A DNA stretch of 63,903 bases, filler included. It is 9 parts of 9 records of this genome, joined end to end, with 100 filler letters (N's around TTAATTAATTAA, not from the genome) between each part and the next. Parts side by side here need not be neighbours in the genome. Positions count along the whole stretch, not along the records: positions 1 to 7,592 come from SRR20825010_1827; positions 7,693 to 15,178 come from SRR20825010_1832; 7 more parts are not named here. One strand, written 5' to 3'. Position numbers and translations under genes: made by a program. A model generated the notes under the pieces. The model saw only the letters and a program-made list of their open reading frames with translations, was not told the origin of the DNA and did no database searches. Every line of letters starts with the position of its first letter. Position 1 is the first letter of the stretch. This document shows positions 1-10,556 of this stretch, one piece after another.

Positions 1-14
1 GCGCGGCACGGATC

Positions 15-2351
15 GTGACCCGCCCTGCTGACTTCTCGGACATGGCATTCTGCCATTCCTGGCGCAGCTATCAGGCCCGGCTGCTGGAAGAGATCGACGA
101 TCATCTCAAGGACGACAAACTGCATTTCGTGGCGGCCCCCGGCGCGGGCAAGACGGTGCTGGGGCTGGAAATCATCCGGCGTCTGGGGCGCAGGACGCTG
201 ATCCTTGCACCCAGCCTGCTGGTCCGCGACCAATGGATCGCCCGCCTTGTGACGGATTATCTGGGCGGCGCGGTACCGGACTGGATCAGCACCGACATCA
301 CTTCGGACGCGCCAGTGCGGGTCAGCACCTATCAGAACGTCCACACCAGCCGGACCAAATCGCTGCCGCCGTTTGATCTGCTCTGTCTGGATGAGGCACA
401 TCACCTGCGCCGGTCGTGGTGGAAAACCCTGACCCGGCTGGCAGAGCGGACCGGCTGCATGACCTTGTCGCTGACCGCCACGCCACCCTATGACGTCAAC
501 GCGTCCGAATGGAACAACTACACCGCCCTGTGCGGCCCGGTGGACGCAGAGATTTCGGTGCCGGAATTGGTGCGCAGCGGCGATCTGTGCCCGCATCAGG
601 ATCTGGTCTATCTGGCCCCCGCCGCCAACGGACGCGACTATCACGACAGTCTGGTGTCCGAACGCGCGCTGTTCGACGATCTGGCCGGGGACGACGCCCT
701 GCTCGCAAGCCTGTCTGCCGATCCCTGGATTGTCGCGACGCAGACCCATGTCGCGGCCATTCTGGACAACCCCGTCCGCTTCAGTGCGATGCTGGTTTAC
801 CTGCGCCACAACGACCGCCCCGCGCCGCCCTATGCCAGACGGGTCTTGCAGGTCAACGATGCGGACTGGCCGGCGCTGGACTGGCACTGGCTGCTGACCC
901 TGTTTCAGGAGTTCCCAACGGAAAAACTGCCGCCCACTGTCCTGACCCGTCTCAAGGGCGCAGGCGCGCTGCGCAATGACAGGTTGACCTTGCCGCCTCC
1001 GGCCTTTGCCGACCGTCTGCATCTGCTCAGGAACGATCAGGCCAAACTGGATGCAATGCCCGACATCTACGCCACCGAACGCGCTGCACGCGGTACAAGG
1101 CTGCGCATGGCGATCCTGCTGGACCGGATTGGCAAGACCAACCTGCGCCTGTCCGACGCGCCACCGGGCTTCAACACGCTTGGCGTGTTCCGGCATCTGC
1201 TGGACCACGTTGGCCAAACCCCGATGGCCGTACTGACCGGGCAATTTGCCATTCTCCCCGCCGCGCTTGGCAGCGGGCTGGAGGGGCGCACCGTTCCCGG
1301 CGTCCCCGGCTATGTCCTTGTCGGAGGCGCGCTGCATTCCGACGCCGTCAGCCGCGCGAACCGGGCGTTTTCCGCAGGCGATGTCGAGGTCATCATCGGC
1401 ACGCAGTCCTTCCTTGGCCAAGGCTGGGATGCACCTGCCTTGAATGCGCTTGTGCTGGGGACGAACCTGAAAAGTTTTGTCGCCGTCAACCAGTTGCGCG
1501 GCCGGGCGCTGCGCACCTCATCAACGCAGCCCGACAAGACCGCGCATATCTGGCACATGGCCGTGGTGCCCGATCACCGGACCGAAGGCGACGACATCAA
1601 CCGCCTGAAACGCCGCTTTGAGTGTTTCGTGCGGCTGGACCGGGACGCGCGCGCCATCCATTCGGATTTCGCTGTGGCCCAGACCGTCACTGACCAGAAC
1701 GCCTTGGCCAAGACGCGCGCGGACACCGGCAGATCACTGGCGGATGAATGGCAGGCGGCGCTGAAGACTGACAGCGGACCCAAGGCGAAACTGACCACCC
1801 GCACGGTCCTGCCATCGCGGCAGCGGTTGCAGGCCCTGCCGGTTCCGGCCCTGTCATTCTGGGGCCGTCTGGCTGCCGAGTTTGGCCGCCCCCCATCGGT
1901 GTCACAGGCCCAAAGGGGGATCGAACGGCTCGCCAGGATGACAATCGCCAGCCTGTCAGAACTGGGCGACCTGCCGCCCGTGACCGCCGACCTGATCCCG
2001 CTTGTGGCATGGGACGGAACCACATGGCAGGTGGGGATCACCAGCACCTGCAAGCTGGACGAGGCGATCTTTCACGAAACGCTCCAGCAGATGTTCAACC
2101 CGGTGGACAGTCCGCGTTATGTGATCTCGGTGAAATCCGGACTGCTGCACAGCAATTTCCAGTATTTCGCCGTGCCGGACCGGTTTGGCTCTCACAAGGA
2201 CCGCGCGCGCATCTTCTGGCGCAACTGGCAGGGCTATGTCGGGCGCGGCGCGTTGGTCTACACCCGCACGGTAGACGGACGGGGCGTGCTGCAAGCAGCC
2301 CGGATCAGCAGTTCCGGACGCCGCACATCCACCAGAACCAGATGGCAATGA
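15..2351 (+). CDS. Superfamily 2 DEAD/DEAH-box (ResIII-like) helicase
   Basis: Walker A AAPGAGKT, DEAHH, motif III TAT, motif VI QLRGRALR; 778 aa; GTG start close to the contig edge. Confidence 0.85.
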   Translation: MTRPADFSDMAFCHSWRSYQARLLEEIDDHLKDDKLHFVAAPGAGKTVLGLEIIRRLGRRTLILAPSLLVRDQWIARLVTDYLGGAVPDWISTDITSDAPVRVSTYQNVHTSRTKSLPPFDLLCLDEAHHLRRSWWKTLTRLAERTGCMTLSLTATPPYDVNASEWNNYTALCGPVDAEISVPELVRSGDLCPHQDLVYLAPAANGRDYHDSLVSERALFDDLAGDDALLASLSADPWIVATQTHVAAILDNPVRFSAMLVYLRHNDRPAPPYARRVLQVNDADWPALDWHWLLTLFQEFPTEKLPPTVLTRLKGAGALRNDRLTLPPPAFADRLHLLRNDQAKLDAMPDIYATERAARGTRLRMAILLDRIGKTNLRLSDAPPGFNTLGVFRHLLDHVGQTPMAVLTGQFAILPAALGSGLEGRTVPGVPGYVLVGGALHSDAVSRANRAFSAGDVEVIIGTQSFLGQGWDAPALNALVLGTNLKSFVAVNQLRGRALRTSSTQPDKTAHIWHMAVVPDHRTEGDDINRLKRRFECFVRLDRDARAIHSDFAVAQTVTDQNALAKTRADTGRSLADEWQAALKTDSGPKAKLTTRTVLPSRQRLQALPVPALSFWGRLAAEFGRPPSVSQAQRGIERLARMTIASLSELGDLPPVTADLIPLVAWDGTTWQVGITSTCKLDEAIFHETLQQMFNPVDSPRYVISVKSGLLHSNFQYFAVPDRFGSHKDRARIFWRNWQGYVGRGALVYTRTVDGRGVLQAARISSSGRRTSTRTRWQ

Positions 2352-2375
2352 CCCGTTCAACCGGCTCAGGTTGGC

Positions 2376-4166
2376 TCACCGCCCCGCCGCATAGGCCTGC
2401 ATCAGGCGCGGCGTCGCCCCCGCCCGCAGAACCCCGTCTGGCCCTCGTGCCACCGCCGTCAGCCGCCCCAGGGACCAAGGCTCTGCCTGCGTGACTTTGT
2501 GACCCCGACCCCGCAGGGCATCAATCGTGCCCGCGCCAAAGCCCGGCTCGACCATCAAGCCCCCCGGCTCTGACCCGCGCGGGTAAAAGCTGGCCTGCAA
2601 GTGTTTCGACAACACCAAAGGCGCGTCAATCGCCTCTTGCAGGTTCATCCCGTGATGCACCATCCGCAGCAGCAGGAACAATTGCCACTGGTCCTGACTG
2701 TCGCCGCCCGGTGTGCCAAAGGCCAGCCGCGTGCCATCGGGCGCGCGCGCCATCGACGGCGTCAGAGTCGTACGCGGTCGCCGCCCCGGTGCCAGCGTCG
2801 TCGGCAGCCCTTCGTCCAGCCAGAACATCTGCGCGCGGGTGTTCAGCGCCACGCCCAGCCCCGGCACCACCGGGTTCGATTGCAACCAGCCGCCAGAGGG
2901 CGTGGCCGACACCATGTTGCCCCAACGGTCCACCACATCCACATGCACCGTATCGCCTTCGCGGTTGTCCAGATGCGCCATGGTCGGCTCTCCGCCGCCT
3001 GCGCCCTTGCCCTTGGGCACTGCCCGCGCGGCGCGGGCCACAAACGCCTCTGCAAGGGTCTCTTGCCCCGGCACCAGACCCGGCCGTTGATCCATCGACG
3101 CCCAAGGACCGATCAGCCCGGCCCGCTCCCGGGCATAATCCCCGGACAGCAGATGTGCTGCGGGAATGTCAAAGAAATCGGGATCGCCGTAATAGGCCTC
3201 GCGGTCAGCAAAGGCGAGCTTCATCGCCTCGACCGCCAGATGTACAAAATCCGCGCCACGGGGATCGGTGTCGGCGATGCCCGTCTGGCTCAGCAGGTTC
3301 AGCGATTGCAACAGCGCGGGCCCCTGCGTCCAGAACCCGCCTTTCCAGATGTCCCAGCCGTGATAGCCGCCCTGCAAGGCCGGTTCGACCGTCGCCTGCC
3401 ACCCGGCCATATCGGCCCCGGTCAGCACACCTTTGCGCCGCGCACCGGCGCCATCCATCACACAGGCGTCGCGCATGTAGTCGTCAATCGCCTCGGCCAC
3501 GAACCCCTGCGAAAAGCTCCGTCGCGCCGCCTCGATCTGCGCCTCGCGGCCCGCGACCGCCTCAGCCTCTGTCAGCAGACGGGTCCAGAACGCCGCCAGA
3601 TCCGGATTGCGGAACAACCTCCCCGCAACGGGCACATCGCCGCCGGGCAGCCAGACCGCCGCCGAGGTGGGCCATTCGGTGCGGAACAGATCGGCCTGAT
3701 CGGCAATCACCCCCACGACACGCGCAAGGATCGGATGCCCGGCGTCGGCATAGTGGATCGCCGGTTCCAAAACGTCGCGCAGACGCTTTGTCCCGTGATC
3801 GCGCAGCATCACCATCCATGCGTCAAACGCCCCCGGTGTCACCGTCGCCAACAGGCCGGAACCGGGGATCAGATCCAGCCCCTGATCGCGGTAATGCGCA
3901 ACGGTCGCCCCGGCGGGCGCTGTGCCCTGACCGCAGATCATCTGCGGCGCCTCCGCCCCCGCCGGCCAAACCAGCGCCGGCATGTCGCCCAGCGGCCCGT
4001 TCAATTGCGGCTCGACCACGTTCAGCACAAAGCCCGCCGCGACCGCCGCGTCAAAGGCATTGCCGCCCGCCTCCAGCAGCTTCATTCCCACCGCGCTTGC
4101 CAGCCAATGGGTCGTGGCCACCATGCCAAAAGTTCCGGTCAGTTCCGGACGTGTCGTGAACGTCAT
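2376..4166 (-). CDS. Gamma-glutamyltransferase family protein (Ntn hydrolase)
   Basis: GGNAFDAAVA N-terminal motif, EAMKLAFADR, autoprocessing site GD|TVHVDVVD, FGTPGGD; GGAGG RBS upstream. Confidence 0.9.
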   Translation of the reverse strand: MTFTTRPELTGTFGMVATTHWLASAVGMKLLEAGGNAFDAAVAAGFVLNVVEPQLNGPLGDMPALVWPAGAEAPQMICGQGTAPAGATVAHYRDQGLDLIPGSGLLATVTPGAFDAWMVMLRDHGTKRLRDVLEPAIHYADAGHPILARVVGVIADQADLFRTEWPTSAAVWLPGGDVPVAGRLFRNPDLAAFWTRLLTEAEAVAGREAQIEAARRSFSQGFVAEAIDDYMRDACVMDGAGARRKGVLTGADMAGWQATVEPALQGGYHGWDIWKGGFWTQGPALLQSLNLLSQTGIADTDPRGADFVHLAVEAMKLAFADREAYYGDPDFFDIPAAHLLSGDYARERAGLIGPWASMDQRPGLVPGQETLAEAFVARAARAVPKGKGAGGGEPTMAHLDNREGDTVHVDVVDRWGNMVSATPSGGWLQSNPVVPGLGVALNTRAQMFWLDEGLPTTLAPGRRPRTTLTPSMARAPDGTRLAFGTPGGDSQDQWQLFLLLRMVHHGMNLQEAIDAPLVLSKHLQASFYPRGSEPGGLMVEPGFGAGTIDALRGRGHKVTQAEPWSLGRLTAVARGPDGVLRAGATPRLMQAYAAGR

Positions 4167-4231
4167 GCCGCCTCCCTGCGCCTCGTTTGCATTGTACCCT
4201 AAGCAGGAAACCCTGCCCTCACCAGCGGCGA

Positions 4232-4891
4232 TCAGATGTGCCGGCCGATGAACACCGACGCGCGGCCAAAGGCCAGATCGGCTGCCGCCGCAACATGATC
4301 CGCGGGCCGCGCGTCGTTGGCAAAAGCGTGACCCGCACCGTCATAGGTATAGACCTCCATGTCGGGCCAATAGGCCCGCGCCGCGTCCAGCATGGCGGGC
4401 GGCACATGGCTATCCTCTGCCCCCCAATGCCCCTGCACCGGGGCCACCAGCGGCGCGATCTGATAGGCATCCAGCCGCGTGCCGTAGAACGGCACCGCGC
4501 AGGCCACATCCGACACCTGCGCCGCGCGGAGCGCCAGTCCGCCGCCCCAGCAAAACCCCAGCACCGCAACCTTGCCGCCGCGCGCCGCCAACATCGCCAC
4601 CGTCGCGTCAATGTCGCTCATCACTGCATTCAGATCCGTGGCCAGCATCAGATCGCGGCCTTTGGGGGCCTCCGAAAAGGGGATCACCGCCCCCTTTTGC
4701 TGGCGGTCGAACAGCGCCGGGATGGCAACGTCATAGCCCTCGGCCGCGAAACGCGCCGCCACCCCCTTGAGCTGGTCGGTCACGCCAAAAATCTCTTGCA
4801 GGATCACAATCCCGCCTCGGCGATCTCCTGCCGCCTCCGCCAGCCAGCAGTCCAGCACATGGCCGTCGGCAGCCGTTACGTCGATCTTCAT
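4232..4891 (-). CDS. Dienelactone hydrolase family protein
   Basis: ILQEIFGV, nucleophile GFCWGG, AGHAF; start placed at MKIDVT. Confidence 0.9.
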   Translation of the reverse strand: MKIDVTAADGHVLDCWLAEAAGDRRGGIVILQEIFGVTDQLKGVAARFAAEGYDVAIPALFDRQQKGAVIPFSEAPKGRDLMLATDLNAVMSDIDATVAMLAARGGKVAVLGFCWGGGLALRAAQVSDVACAVPFYGTRLDAYQIAPLVAPVQGHWGAEDSHVPPAMLDAARAYWPDMEVYTYDGAGHAFANDARPADHVAAAADLAFGRASVFIGRHI

Positions 4892-4955
4892 GTTCTTTGC
4901 CTTCCAAAGAGATCCCAACGCCCGAGGGACAGACCCCCGCGCGTTGCGTACACAT

Positions 4956-5930
4956 TCACTCGCCGACAGAAATCCCGGCCTCTTCGAAATACTTCAACGC
5001 GCCGGGGTGGTACGGCACCGAAGACGCCGGGGCCATCGTCGCCGCGTCGGCGCGTGCAAAGGCGCCAAAGCTGGCCTTTAGCGCGTCTTTGCCCTCGGCC
5101 ACCGCTTTGGTCATCTGATAGGCCAGATCGTCGCTGACATCGCCATTGGTCAACAGAACCCACGGGATGCTCATCAGGTTGGCCCCCGCGTTTTCAAGGC
5201 CGGTGACCTTGTCGTTCTGCGGCAGCGAGACGATGTTGCCTGCAGGCAGGTACTCTTTGAACGCCGCCAGCCCCGCCTCTGAATTGTCCAGCGAGACATA
5301 GCACAGCCCGCCGCGCCCTTGCAGCTTGACAGACGCCTGCTGGCCCGCGCCAGAATTCAGACTGACCAGCGCAATATCGACCAACCCGTCCCCAAGCGCG
5401 TTGATGCCCGCGACAAAGCTGGCCACCGGCACCTGCTGGAAATCGTCATAGGTCAGGCCCGCATTGGCCAGACCACCCGAGATATAGAACGGGATGATCG
5501 TCGAAGAGGTGTATTCCGACGCGATGCGCAGATCGCCCGCCTTTTCCTTCAGCTCCGCGACCGTCTCCAGCCCCAGATCGCAAGGCGCCATGATCGAGGT
5601 GGTCAGCGGGAACATCGTGCCCACCAGCCGGATATTGGAATGCGCGCGGTCATAGTTGCCGGTGCCGTCATAGGCGTATTCCGCCTCGACCCCGTTGGAG
5701 AACCCGAAATCCACCTCCCCCGAATGGATCAGCGGCAGATAGCCCACTAGCGGCTGCGTCCGCGCGGTGATGCCCGCCTCGTTCGCGACCTTGGCCACTG
5801 CCTGCCCGGTGTTGTACGCCAGCGACCCCTGCGCGCCACTGGCCACTGTGACCACCTGCGCGCCGACCGCTCCGGCGGATACGCTCAGCGCAAGCGCGCC
5901 ACTCAGCATCGTGCCTTTGAGAAATGTCAT
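4956..5930 (-). CDS. TAXI-family TRAP transporter solute-binding subunit
   Basis: Signal peptide, VASGAQGS, C-terminal VPYHPGALKYF; start overlaps the permease stop (ATGA). Confidence 0.88.
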   Translation of the reverse strand: MTFLKGTMLSGALALSVSAGAVGAQVVTVASGAQGSLAYNTGQAVAKVANEAGITARTQPLVGYLPLIHSGEVDFGFSNGVEAEYAYDGTGNYDRAHSNIRLVGTMFPLTTSIMAPCDLGLETVAELKEKAGDLRIASEYTSSTIIPFYISGGLANAGLTYDDFQQVPVASFVAGINALGDGLVDIALVSLNSGAGQQASVKLQGRGGLCYVSLDNSEAGLAAFKEYLPAGNIVSLPQNDKVTGLENAGANLMSIPWVLLTNGDVSDDLAYQMTKAVAEGKDALKASFGAFARADAATMAPASSVPYHPGALKYFEEAGISVGE

Positions 5931-7592
5931 GTCATCGTCCTCCCTGGTTCAGATTTCTTGTGTTCGATAGTTCCACGCGCCCGGATCAGCAGCACCGCTG
6001 CCAGCGCAATGATCGCAAGCGCCGCCGGGATGTGCCACGCCGCTGCGCCGGGCAAAAAGCCCAGTGGCAACGCGACAACCCCCAACCCGACAAAGCCCAG
6101 CCGCAGCACCGCCGACAGGCGCGTGCCCCAAAAGCCGACGATCCCCGCCGTCACCGCGCCGATGCCGATCAGGGCAAGACACAGGTTCAGCACAATCGCC
6201 GCCCAATGACCGGTCATCAGGATTTCCGGCGTCGCGACAAAGACAAACGGCAGGATAAACGCGGCCCAGCCGACGCGCATCGCCGCCAGCCCGGTGCCCA
6301 GCGGGTCATCCCGCGTGATCGTCGCCGCCGCAAAGGCCGCCAGCGCCACGGGCGGCGTGATCATCGACATCATGCCGAAATACAGGATGAACAGATGCGC
6401 TGCGATCTGGTCGATCCCTGCCTCCACCAATGACGGCGCGACCAGCGCCGCCAGCAGGACGTAGACGCCAGAGGTCGGCATCCCCATGCCCAGCACGATA
6501 CAGATCACGGCGGAAATTCCCAGCAGCAGCACCACATTGGCCCCCACCGCATCCACCAATACCAGCGTCAGGGCAAAGCCCAGTCCGGTGATGTTCAGCA
6601 CCCCGATGACAAAACCCGCCGCCGCCACCACAAGGATCAGATCGACCATTCCGGTGCCGGTCTCGACAAAGGTCCGCCACAGCGTGCGCACCGTCAGCCG
6701 CTCGCCCCGGTAGCTGCGCAGGAAACTGACCAACACGATGGCCAGCGCCGACAACAGCGCCGAATCCGCCGGATCCATCCGCCACCAGAACAGCGCCCCC
6801 AGCAGCACCCCGAACGGCAGGACAAAATGCCAGCCCTCGCGCAGCACCTGCCGGACGGTCAGCCCGTCCACCTCTGTCGGCGCAATCCGGTCGCGCCCGG
6901 CGATCAGATCCACCTGTAGAAAGACGCTGAAGTAATACAGCGCCGCTGGCAGCAAAGCCGCGCCCGCGACGGTGAAATAGGAGATGTCCAGAAACTCGGC
7001 CATCAGAAAGGCCGCGGCCCCCATGATCGGCGGCGTCAACTGTCCCCCGGTCGAGGCCACCGCCTCAATCGCGCCCGCATCCCGCTTGGTATAGCCGCCG
7101 CGCTGCATCAGCGGGATCGTGACCACGCCGGTTGTCACCACGTTGGACACAGCACTGCCAGAGATCGACCCGAACAGCGCCGAGCCAACGACAGAGATCT
7201 TGGCACTGCCGCCGCGCGACCGTCCCGTGGCCGCCATCGCCAGATCGGTAAAAAACGCCCCGCCCCCGGCGGCAAACAGCAGCTTGCCAAAGAACACGAA
7301 CAGCAAAACGATGATCGTGCCCACCGCCAACGGCGTCGAAAACACCGCGTTGGGGTCAAAGCCGACGTATTGCACCAGACGCTCGGGCGACAGTTCCTTG
7401 CCGATCAACCGCCCCGGCACCTTGTCCGCAAACAGCGCATAGATCAGGAACACACCGACAATGGAAAACAGCATCCAGCCCGCGCGCCGCCGCACGCCTT
7501 CCATCACTGTTATCACCACCACGGTGCCGACAAGCGTGATCTGCCAAGGCCGATAGGCCTGTTCCTTCAGCAGCCAGACAAAATCCCATGCC
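5927..7592 (-). CDS. TRAP transporter fused 4TM/12TM permease (5'-truncated at contig edge)
   Basis: GSISGSAVSNV, EAVASTGGQLTPPIMGAAAFLMAE, LGMGMPT, ITPPVALAAFAAA; many hydrophobic helices. Confidence 0.9.
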
Positions 7593-7692
7593 NNNNNNNN
7601 NNNNNNNNNNNNNNNNNNNNNNNNNNNNNNNNNNNNTTAATTAATTAANNNNNNNNNNNNNNNNNNNNNNNNNNNNNNNNNNNNNNNNNNNN
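7593..7692. other. Artificial contig spacer
   Basis: N-run + TTAATTAATTAA (stops in all six frames) + N-run, 100 nt. Confidence 0.99.
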
Positions 7693-8590
7693 GTTCAATC
7701 TGGTGGCTCAGGTTGCCCGACATGATGTGGAACAACTTGCCGCCTGTCAGGTTCGAAGAACCCTTCAACTGGCGCAGGTACCAATGGGCTTGCGATTCGC
7801 CCTCAATGATCGACTTGTCGAATACTTCAGAATCGGCCGTAAAGTGACCACAGAAAATAATCACAAAAGTCCAGTAATTGCGAATGATGTTGGCGGCAAA
7901 GTTACCCGCCAACACAGGCAAAAAGAAAGGGCCTGCCAACAGCGGGAAGAAAACATAGTCCTTCACGATCTGGCGCCCTGCCTTCTTGAAGGTGGGGATG
8001 GCGCGATCCTTGGTTTCTTTCAGTGTTTTTTCACCGTTGATTACCTTTTCAAGTTCAAGGGTTTGCAAGGCCAGCAGGTTTTCAAAAAAGGTCGCCAAAA
8101 TAACCATCAGCGGCACGTTGGCCAGAAAACGGGGTTCCCATTTTTGCTCCGGGAACAGACGCAGCACGCCATAACCAATGTCGTGGTCTTCACCCAGAAC
8201 ATTGGTGTAGGTGTGGTGGCGGTAATTGTGGCTGTAGCGCCAGTTGTCAGCGGTACACCAGGTGTCCCACTCGTAGGTTTGGCCCGTTAAACGCTTGTTC
8301 TGCATGAAATCATACTGACCGTGCATCACGTTGTGGCCCAACTCCATATTTTCCAGAATTTTGGACACACCCAAGGTTAGGGTACCCAGAATGAATGCGG
8401 GCGGGAAAATACCCGCCATCAACAGGCCTCGGCCGGCTATTTCGGTGTAACGCACTGCCTTTTCAATCTTGGTGATGTACTTGGCATCGCGTTCGCCCAC
8501 GTCAGCCAAATGCTTTTGGCGAATCGCTTCAATTTCAGCACCAAATTGCTCCAGTTCAGCGGGGCTCAATTTGCGGTTAGCTTTTTTCAT
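7693..8590 (-). CDS. desB: Acyl-CoA fatty acid desaturase, DesB/DesA3-like (3'-truncated)
   Basis: His boxes ENMELGHNVMHGQYD, HNYRHHTYTN, GNLSHQIE(HH). Confidence 0.88.
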
Positions 8591-8620
8591 GATCAGCTCC
8601 AGTATTTTTAAGTTTTACTT

Positions 8621-9733
8621 TTACAGGTCCAGGGAAACCGGGCCTTGGGCAGCGTTGATACACAAACGCAGCGCCGTGTTGTTGGTGCCACACACCGATT
8701 TGTTCTGCATGTTTTGCGTGGTGCCTGTCAGCTTTTCACATGAACAGGTATTGCAAATGCCCATGCCACAACCGTGCGGGGGATTAATACCTTGTTCCTG
8801 AAGTGCTTTCAGCAAGGGTTTGTTGTTGCTTACCTCAACGGTACGATTGCTTTTGGTCAACGTCACCGTGAATGTTTTCACCTCGGCGTTTTCATCCACG
8901 GTCAAAGCCATGGGCGTGAACGATTCAGCATGAAAACTTTTCGGTGTGTCGCCCAGAATGCCGCGCAGTGCTGCCATAAAACCATCGGGGCCGCAGGCGT
9001 ACACATCGGTGTTACCCAAACTGCCCGCCACTGCTGCAAACTGTTCAGCGCTTGGGCGGCCCGCTAAATCACCCTCAGCTGGGTTGGCGCCATTTTCAAG
9101 CACGCGCACGTACTTGAAATGTTCGTTGGTTTTTGCTTTCAGTGTTGAGTCAAACAACACGTCTTCAGGGTTACGCGCCCAGCTCATCAACGTAACGTTT
9201 GCTGGCCAACCTTGCTGCTCCAGTTGCTCGATCAAGCTGATCATCGGTGTAATACCGCTACCGGCAGCCAGCAGCAACATGGTTGGGCGCTGTTGGTTCA
9301 TCATGGGTTGAGTGCGTGCAAGGGTCATATCACCAAACACATCGCCCAGCTCCACCACAGCGCCCACTTCCAGCTGGTTCACGAGGTAGCGTGAAACAAG
9401 TCCGGTTGGGGTTTGCTTGATGGTTAAGCGCACAAGGCCGTCAACCGAGGGGGAATTGCTAAAGCTATAAGAACGAGTGTGCACTGAACCATTGATAGTA
9501 ACCCCCAGATTTACATGTTGGCCCGCTTCAAAACCGGCAAACAAGGCATTTGGGCGCAACCGCAGGCTGACAGCGTCGGTAGTTTCACGGTCAACACGCA
9601 CTACCTCTGCCAGACAGCGATCAGTCGCGTGGGTGCTGCCCACCTGCTCAAGCCAGAACGTAACGAATTCCTGACCCAGAATTTTGGAAAGTCCGCGGAC
9701 TACTTTGTTGGACAGCTGGCTATTGGTTCTCAT
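8621..9733 (-). CDS. FAD/NAD oxidoreductase with C-terminal 2Fe-2S ferredoxin (desaturase partner, DesC-like)
   Basis: RSYS, AAGSGITP, YACGP, GCGMGICNTC...C; start at MRTNSQ has an AGGA RBS. Confidence 0.88.
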   Translation of the reverse strand: MRTNSQLSNKVVRGLSKILGQEFVTFWLEQVGSTHATDRCLAEVVRVDRETTDAVSLRLRPNALFAGFEAGQHVNLGVTINGSVHTRSYSFSNSPSVDGLVRLTIKQTPTGLVSRYLVNQLEVGAVVELGDVFGDMTLARTQPMMNQQRPTMLLLAAGSGITPMISLIEQLEQQGWPANVTLMSWARNPEDVLFDSTLKAKTNEHFKYVRVLENGANPAEGDLAGRPSAEQFAAVAGSLGNTDVYACGPDGFMAALRGILGDTPKSFHAESFTPMALTVDENAEVKTFTVTLTKSNRTVEVSNNKPLLKALQEQGINPPHGCGMGICNTCSCEKLTGTTQNMQNKSVCGTNNTALRLCINAAQGPVSLDL

Positions 9734-9748
9734 CAAAAAATCCTGTTC

Positions 9749-9766
9749 GGTGTACATTTGTACACC
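9749..9766. promoter_or_regulatory. Palindromic operator, FabR/DesT-like
   Basis: GGTGTACA-TT-TGTACACC, 15 nt upstream of the oxidoreductase start; resembles the FabR-type GTACA-N2-TGTAC core. Confidence 0.7.
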
Positions 9767-9958
9767 AATTAAACCAAACAACCGAATTTTTTGCAAGCAG
9801 TCCAACAAAAAACCGAACAAACCATTCCTTGGGGCAGACACCTTGCACAGCCCGAGGTACCTACCCCTACCCCCTTACGATCAACCACGACGGGTGATTG
9901 GCCATCTGATAAATGATTAATAGAATCAAGGCTATATTCTGTTAAAGCGACACAACCG

Positions 9959-10498
9959 ATGGTCCCGAAATGGTTTAAAAAACCTGCGAAAGGCTTCTCA
10001 ATGCTGGAAGCAGTGATAACGGTTGCTATTGTTGCGGTCCTCGCCACGCTGATGATTCCCCCATTGTTTGAGCAAACCCAAGCAGCCCGGGTTGACGCCA
10101 CGGCACGCGAAATGGCCGCGTCTGTCCGCTTGGCCCGGGCAGAGGCCAGGGCAAGAAACAGACTGGTTTATGTTGGCGCGAACAACAATGACTGGAGCAA
10201 CGGCTGGAGAGTGTGGATCGACGACAACAACGAAACCTTCGTGAGCGGCGGATCAGACGTGCTTCTTTTCGAGGTGCTTGAAGTGGCTGACTCAATGCGT
10301 CTCGCCTTTGGACAAGCCTCCGGAGCTATTTTCAGAATTAGCAATACCGGTTATGTAGAAACCAGGCTTGAAAATAACCAATGGGCCCCCCGGGAATTGA
10401 CTTTCACGATATGCGAACAAACACACAGAAGGCGATTGACAGTGACCCGAAGGGTGCACACTTCCATTGAAGTGATACCAAACGATGGCACATGCTAG
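9959..10498 (+). CDS. fimT: Type IV minor pilin FimT/FimU (GspH-like)
   Basis: Prepilin cleavage KG|FSMLE, LARAEA, DWSNGWRVW. Confidence 0.8.
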   Translation: MVPKWFKKPAKGFSMLEAVITVAIVAVLATLMIPPLFEQTQAARVDATAREMAASVRLARAEARARNRLVYVGANNNDWSNGWRVWIDDNNETFVSGGSDVLLFEVLEVADSMRLAFGQASGAIFRISNTGYVETRLENNQWAPRELTFTICEQTHRRRLTVTRRVHTSIEVIPNDGTC

Positions 10499-10556
10499 AA
10501 GCTTCCATATAGAAGTGCGAGAACAGCGAAAATCAAACCCAGTAAAGTGAGTAAAC

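Noticed and set aside
2601-4202. Long plus-strand ORFs (533 and 482 aa) opposite the GGT gene; similar ones at 24138-27569
   Set aside because: Antisense shadow ORFs of GC-rich genes; Arg/Pro/His-rich with no motifs.
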